Part shown: one piece after another, positions 31,844 through 33,789 of the stretch
Layout of the letters: each line of letters starts with the position of its first letter
How positions within the stretch are numbered: position 1 is the stretch's first letter
Origin: a virus
Taxonomy: Duplodnaviria; Caudoviricetes
Reading direction: 5' to 3' (one strand)
IMG/VR virus record: IMGVR_UViG_3300034341_000032
Coordinates: 1 to 33,789 of that record
Length of the DNA stretch: 33,789 bases
The notes under the pieces: generated by a model
Database searches by the model: none
What the model was told of the DNA's origin: nothing
What the model saw: the letters and a program-made list of their open reading frames with translations, nothing else
Position numbers and translations under genes: made by a program

Positions 31844-33789
31844 ATGGCAGTAATTAAAGAAAAACAACAGTTTAGAAACTCACGCATAGGCGTAGTTCGC
31901 ATGGATACTGGCGAAAGTCAGATGTGGCAAACTGTTGCGTCTGCTGCTGACTCCTTAACTCAGCAAGCTTTTAAGCAGGCCTCTGTAGAGGCGCAGAACA
32001 AAGGCAAGGAGTTTGCAGAATCTGTTGGCGAGGAGTCATTAAGAACAATCGACCCAGCTACAGGCAAACCTCAGGCGTTTAAAGCACCAACAAGCTTTGG
32101 AACTATTGCTCAAGCCGCTTATGAGGAAACTCTAGATCGCAGATACATACGCACTGTTGATAGAGAAATAAGAGACAAGGCAAATGAGACTTATCTTAAA
32201 TATGAGTTTGATCCGCAAGGTGTAGAAAAATACTCACAGGTTATGGAAGACTATGTTGGCGGCATGACCAAGAACGCTGACAAGCGTTTTGAGGGAATTG
32301 TTCGTGACACAGGCGCAGCTTACATTGCCAGCACAAAATTCAATCTTATGCAAAAGCGCAACCTTAGAATCAAAGAGGCAGAGCAAATTGCACAAAGAGA
32401 TGACGCAAAAGACAATGCCTCATTTATTGAATCTATGGCTGAAAATGTAAACTGGAGCCTGCCGGATTCACAAGGCCACAGAGATGTTGAAGACATGTAC
32501 ATGGAAGGGGTTGCTGGTCAAAGAGCAGCAAATGTTGCTGGTTTAATTTCTGATGCTCAATTTGAGGCAAACGTAGGTGTAATGCGTAGAGCATTGCCTA
32601 AAGCAATACTGTCAAAGATGATTAACTTTGATGCTGTGTATGAAAAAGAAGATGGCAGCACAGTTCAAATAAACTCTGATGTAGCCCTTTCTATAGAAAA
32701 CTCACTAAAAACTAATAGGGTTCTTGATGAAGTGCCTACAGCTTTGAAGCCTCAAGTTCAAAGAATACTTGATTCAGAAGCTTACGACAAAGATCGTGAC
32801 AATATAAGTCGCCATGTTACAGCACTAAGAACAAACTTAAGCCTCAAAGAAGCAGACGCTGTTAAGCTAACAGCATTTCAACAGACAGTTCTTAATGTTG
32901 CAGATGAAACTTTTGTTGTTGACACAAATGACTCACAAGTAAAAAAAGCTGGCGATGTTTTAATAGCAAATGAAGTTGACGGTTTAGACCCAGCAAATCC
33001 TAACATGGTTCCTTATTTTACAAGCGAAGAGTCTACAAAAGAAGATGCGCCTTGGAAAATTATGGTTGCCGGAAAAGGTATTATAACTGAAGGCATGGAG
33101 TTAACATTAAAAAGACTTTATAGACTTGAAGGAATGACCAAAGAACAGATAGAAATTGGTTTAAGTCATTATGATTATTTAGCTAATGTAAATATTGCAG
33201 GTTCTACTGTTAACAAAACATTAGACACAACTTTGTCAAATGATGAAAACGCATTTTTACGCACACTAAGTTATGTAACTAGAGTTGGCGGTTCTGAAAA
33301 CATTGTTGAGTTTGCGGCTAAGTTAAAAGAAAACATGCAGAATACATCGGCTGTAAATGACAGAGTTAAATCAGTTCTTGGTGATGGCAGCGACAAGTCA
33401 GCTAACGATCTTTTAAATGCTTATCTTCAAGGCGATAACGACATAAATGAATCAACTGCGTTTGGAACTGATTATCAAATGGTTGAAACTGTAAAGCCGT
33501 ATGTAAAACATTTAATTATGTCTGGCGTTGGCAAAGAAGATTTAAACGAACAGTTAAATCAAATGTTTGAAACATCTTACATTGATACTGTTGGTGTTGT
33601 TGTTGATAGATACAATTCACAAATAGATAAGTCTATGTTTGCATTGCCAAGATTGTTGCCAGACTATGCGGAAAGGCAAGCTTTCTATGGTAATGCTACA
33701 GAATTAGTGCAAACTTTAAGCGGTCAAGATTTTGTAATGCGTGAAAAAGGTCAGTACTTAGGCATTGAAAAAGATCGACAGATAAAGCT
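31844..33789 (+). CDS. Internal virion protein (T7 gp15-like position), truncated at window end; not in ORF track
   Basis: ATG 31844 (MAVIKEKQQFRNSRIGVVRMD...), 7 nt after the previous stop. The frame appears to run off the end without a stop, which explains its absence from the ORF track. Confidence 0.8.
   Translation, partial: MAVIKEKQQFRNSRIGVVRMDTGESQMWQTVASAADSLTQQAFKQASVEAQNKGKEFAESVGEESLRTIDPATGKPQAFKAPTSFGTIAQAAYEETLDRRYIRTVDREIRDKANETYLKYEFDPQGVEKYSQVMEDYVGGMTKNADKRFEGIVRDTGAAYIASTKFNLMQKRNLRIKEAEQIAQRDDAKDNASFIESMAENVNWSLPDSQGHRDVEDMYMEGVAGQRAANVAGLISDAQFEANVGVMRRALPKAILSKMINFDAVYEKEDGSTVQINSDVALSIENSLKTNRVLDEVPTALKPQVQRILDSEAYDKDRDNISRHVTALRTNLSLKEADAVKLTAFQQTVLNVADETFVVDTNDSQVKKAGDVLIANEVDGLDPANPNMVPYFTSEESTKEDAPWKIMVAGKGIITEGMELTLKRLYRLEGMTKEQIEIGLSHYDYLANVNIAGSTVNKTLDTTLSNDENAFLRTLSYVTRVGGSENIVEFAAKLKENMQNTSAVNDRVKSVLGDGSDKSANDLLNAYLQGDNDINESTAFGTDYQMVETVKPYVKHLIMSGVGKEDLNEQLNQMFETSYIDTVGVVVDRYNSQIDKSMFALPRLLPDYAERQAFYGNATELVQTLSGQDFVMREKGQYLGIEKDRQIK

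Noticed and set aside
622-32502. Numerous short antisense or nested ORFs in the track (e.g. 622-885, 4942-5211, 13640-14005, 25698-26147, 26227-26628)
   Set aside because: They are shadows of well-supported genes, with no RBS or recognisable motifs.
1-33789. Window as a seamlessly circular complete genome
   Set aside because: Joining the end (...ATA AAG CT) to the start gives CTC ATT TCA GCC TGA, out of frame with the 3..356 ORF. Some sequence is missing or trimmed at the junction.

Overview
The window is a near-complete, circularly permuted genome of a small tailed dsDNA phage (podovirus-type). Its T7-like portal, scaffold, capsid, tail-tube and internal-virion module, with no phage DNA or RNA polymerase, resembles marine HTVC010P/uvMED-type alphaproteobacterial phages; that assignment is from gene content and order only. 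The + strand carries the late genes: terS (19914), a cluster of small basic proteins, terL, portal, scaffold, capsid, tail tubes, internal virion proteins (running off the end and apparently resuming at base 1), tail fibres and lysis genes (to 11770). The - strand (19244 to 11836) carries the early genes: DUF932, HTH regulators, resolvase, a lambda-O-like initiator with internal iterons, YqaJ exonuclease, ERF and an SSB-like protein. No integrase, tRNA, CRISPR array or reverse transcriptase was seen. Two non-coding signals stand out. (1) A ~700-nt element at 19145-19845 folds on the + strand only, as a ~185-bp imperfect rod capped by a two-eared Y; one arm is a degenerate inverted copy of the first early gene's promoter, RBS and 5' end. 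(2) Nine early genes share the extended RBS GGAGAAC(UAA), and its exact complement is displayed in a hairpin loop at the 3' end of the early operon, a candidate phage sRNA that could silence many early genes. Protein family calls are from motif recognition, not database searches.
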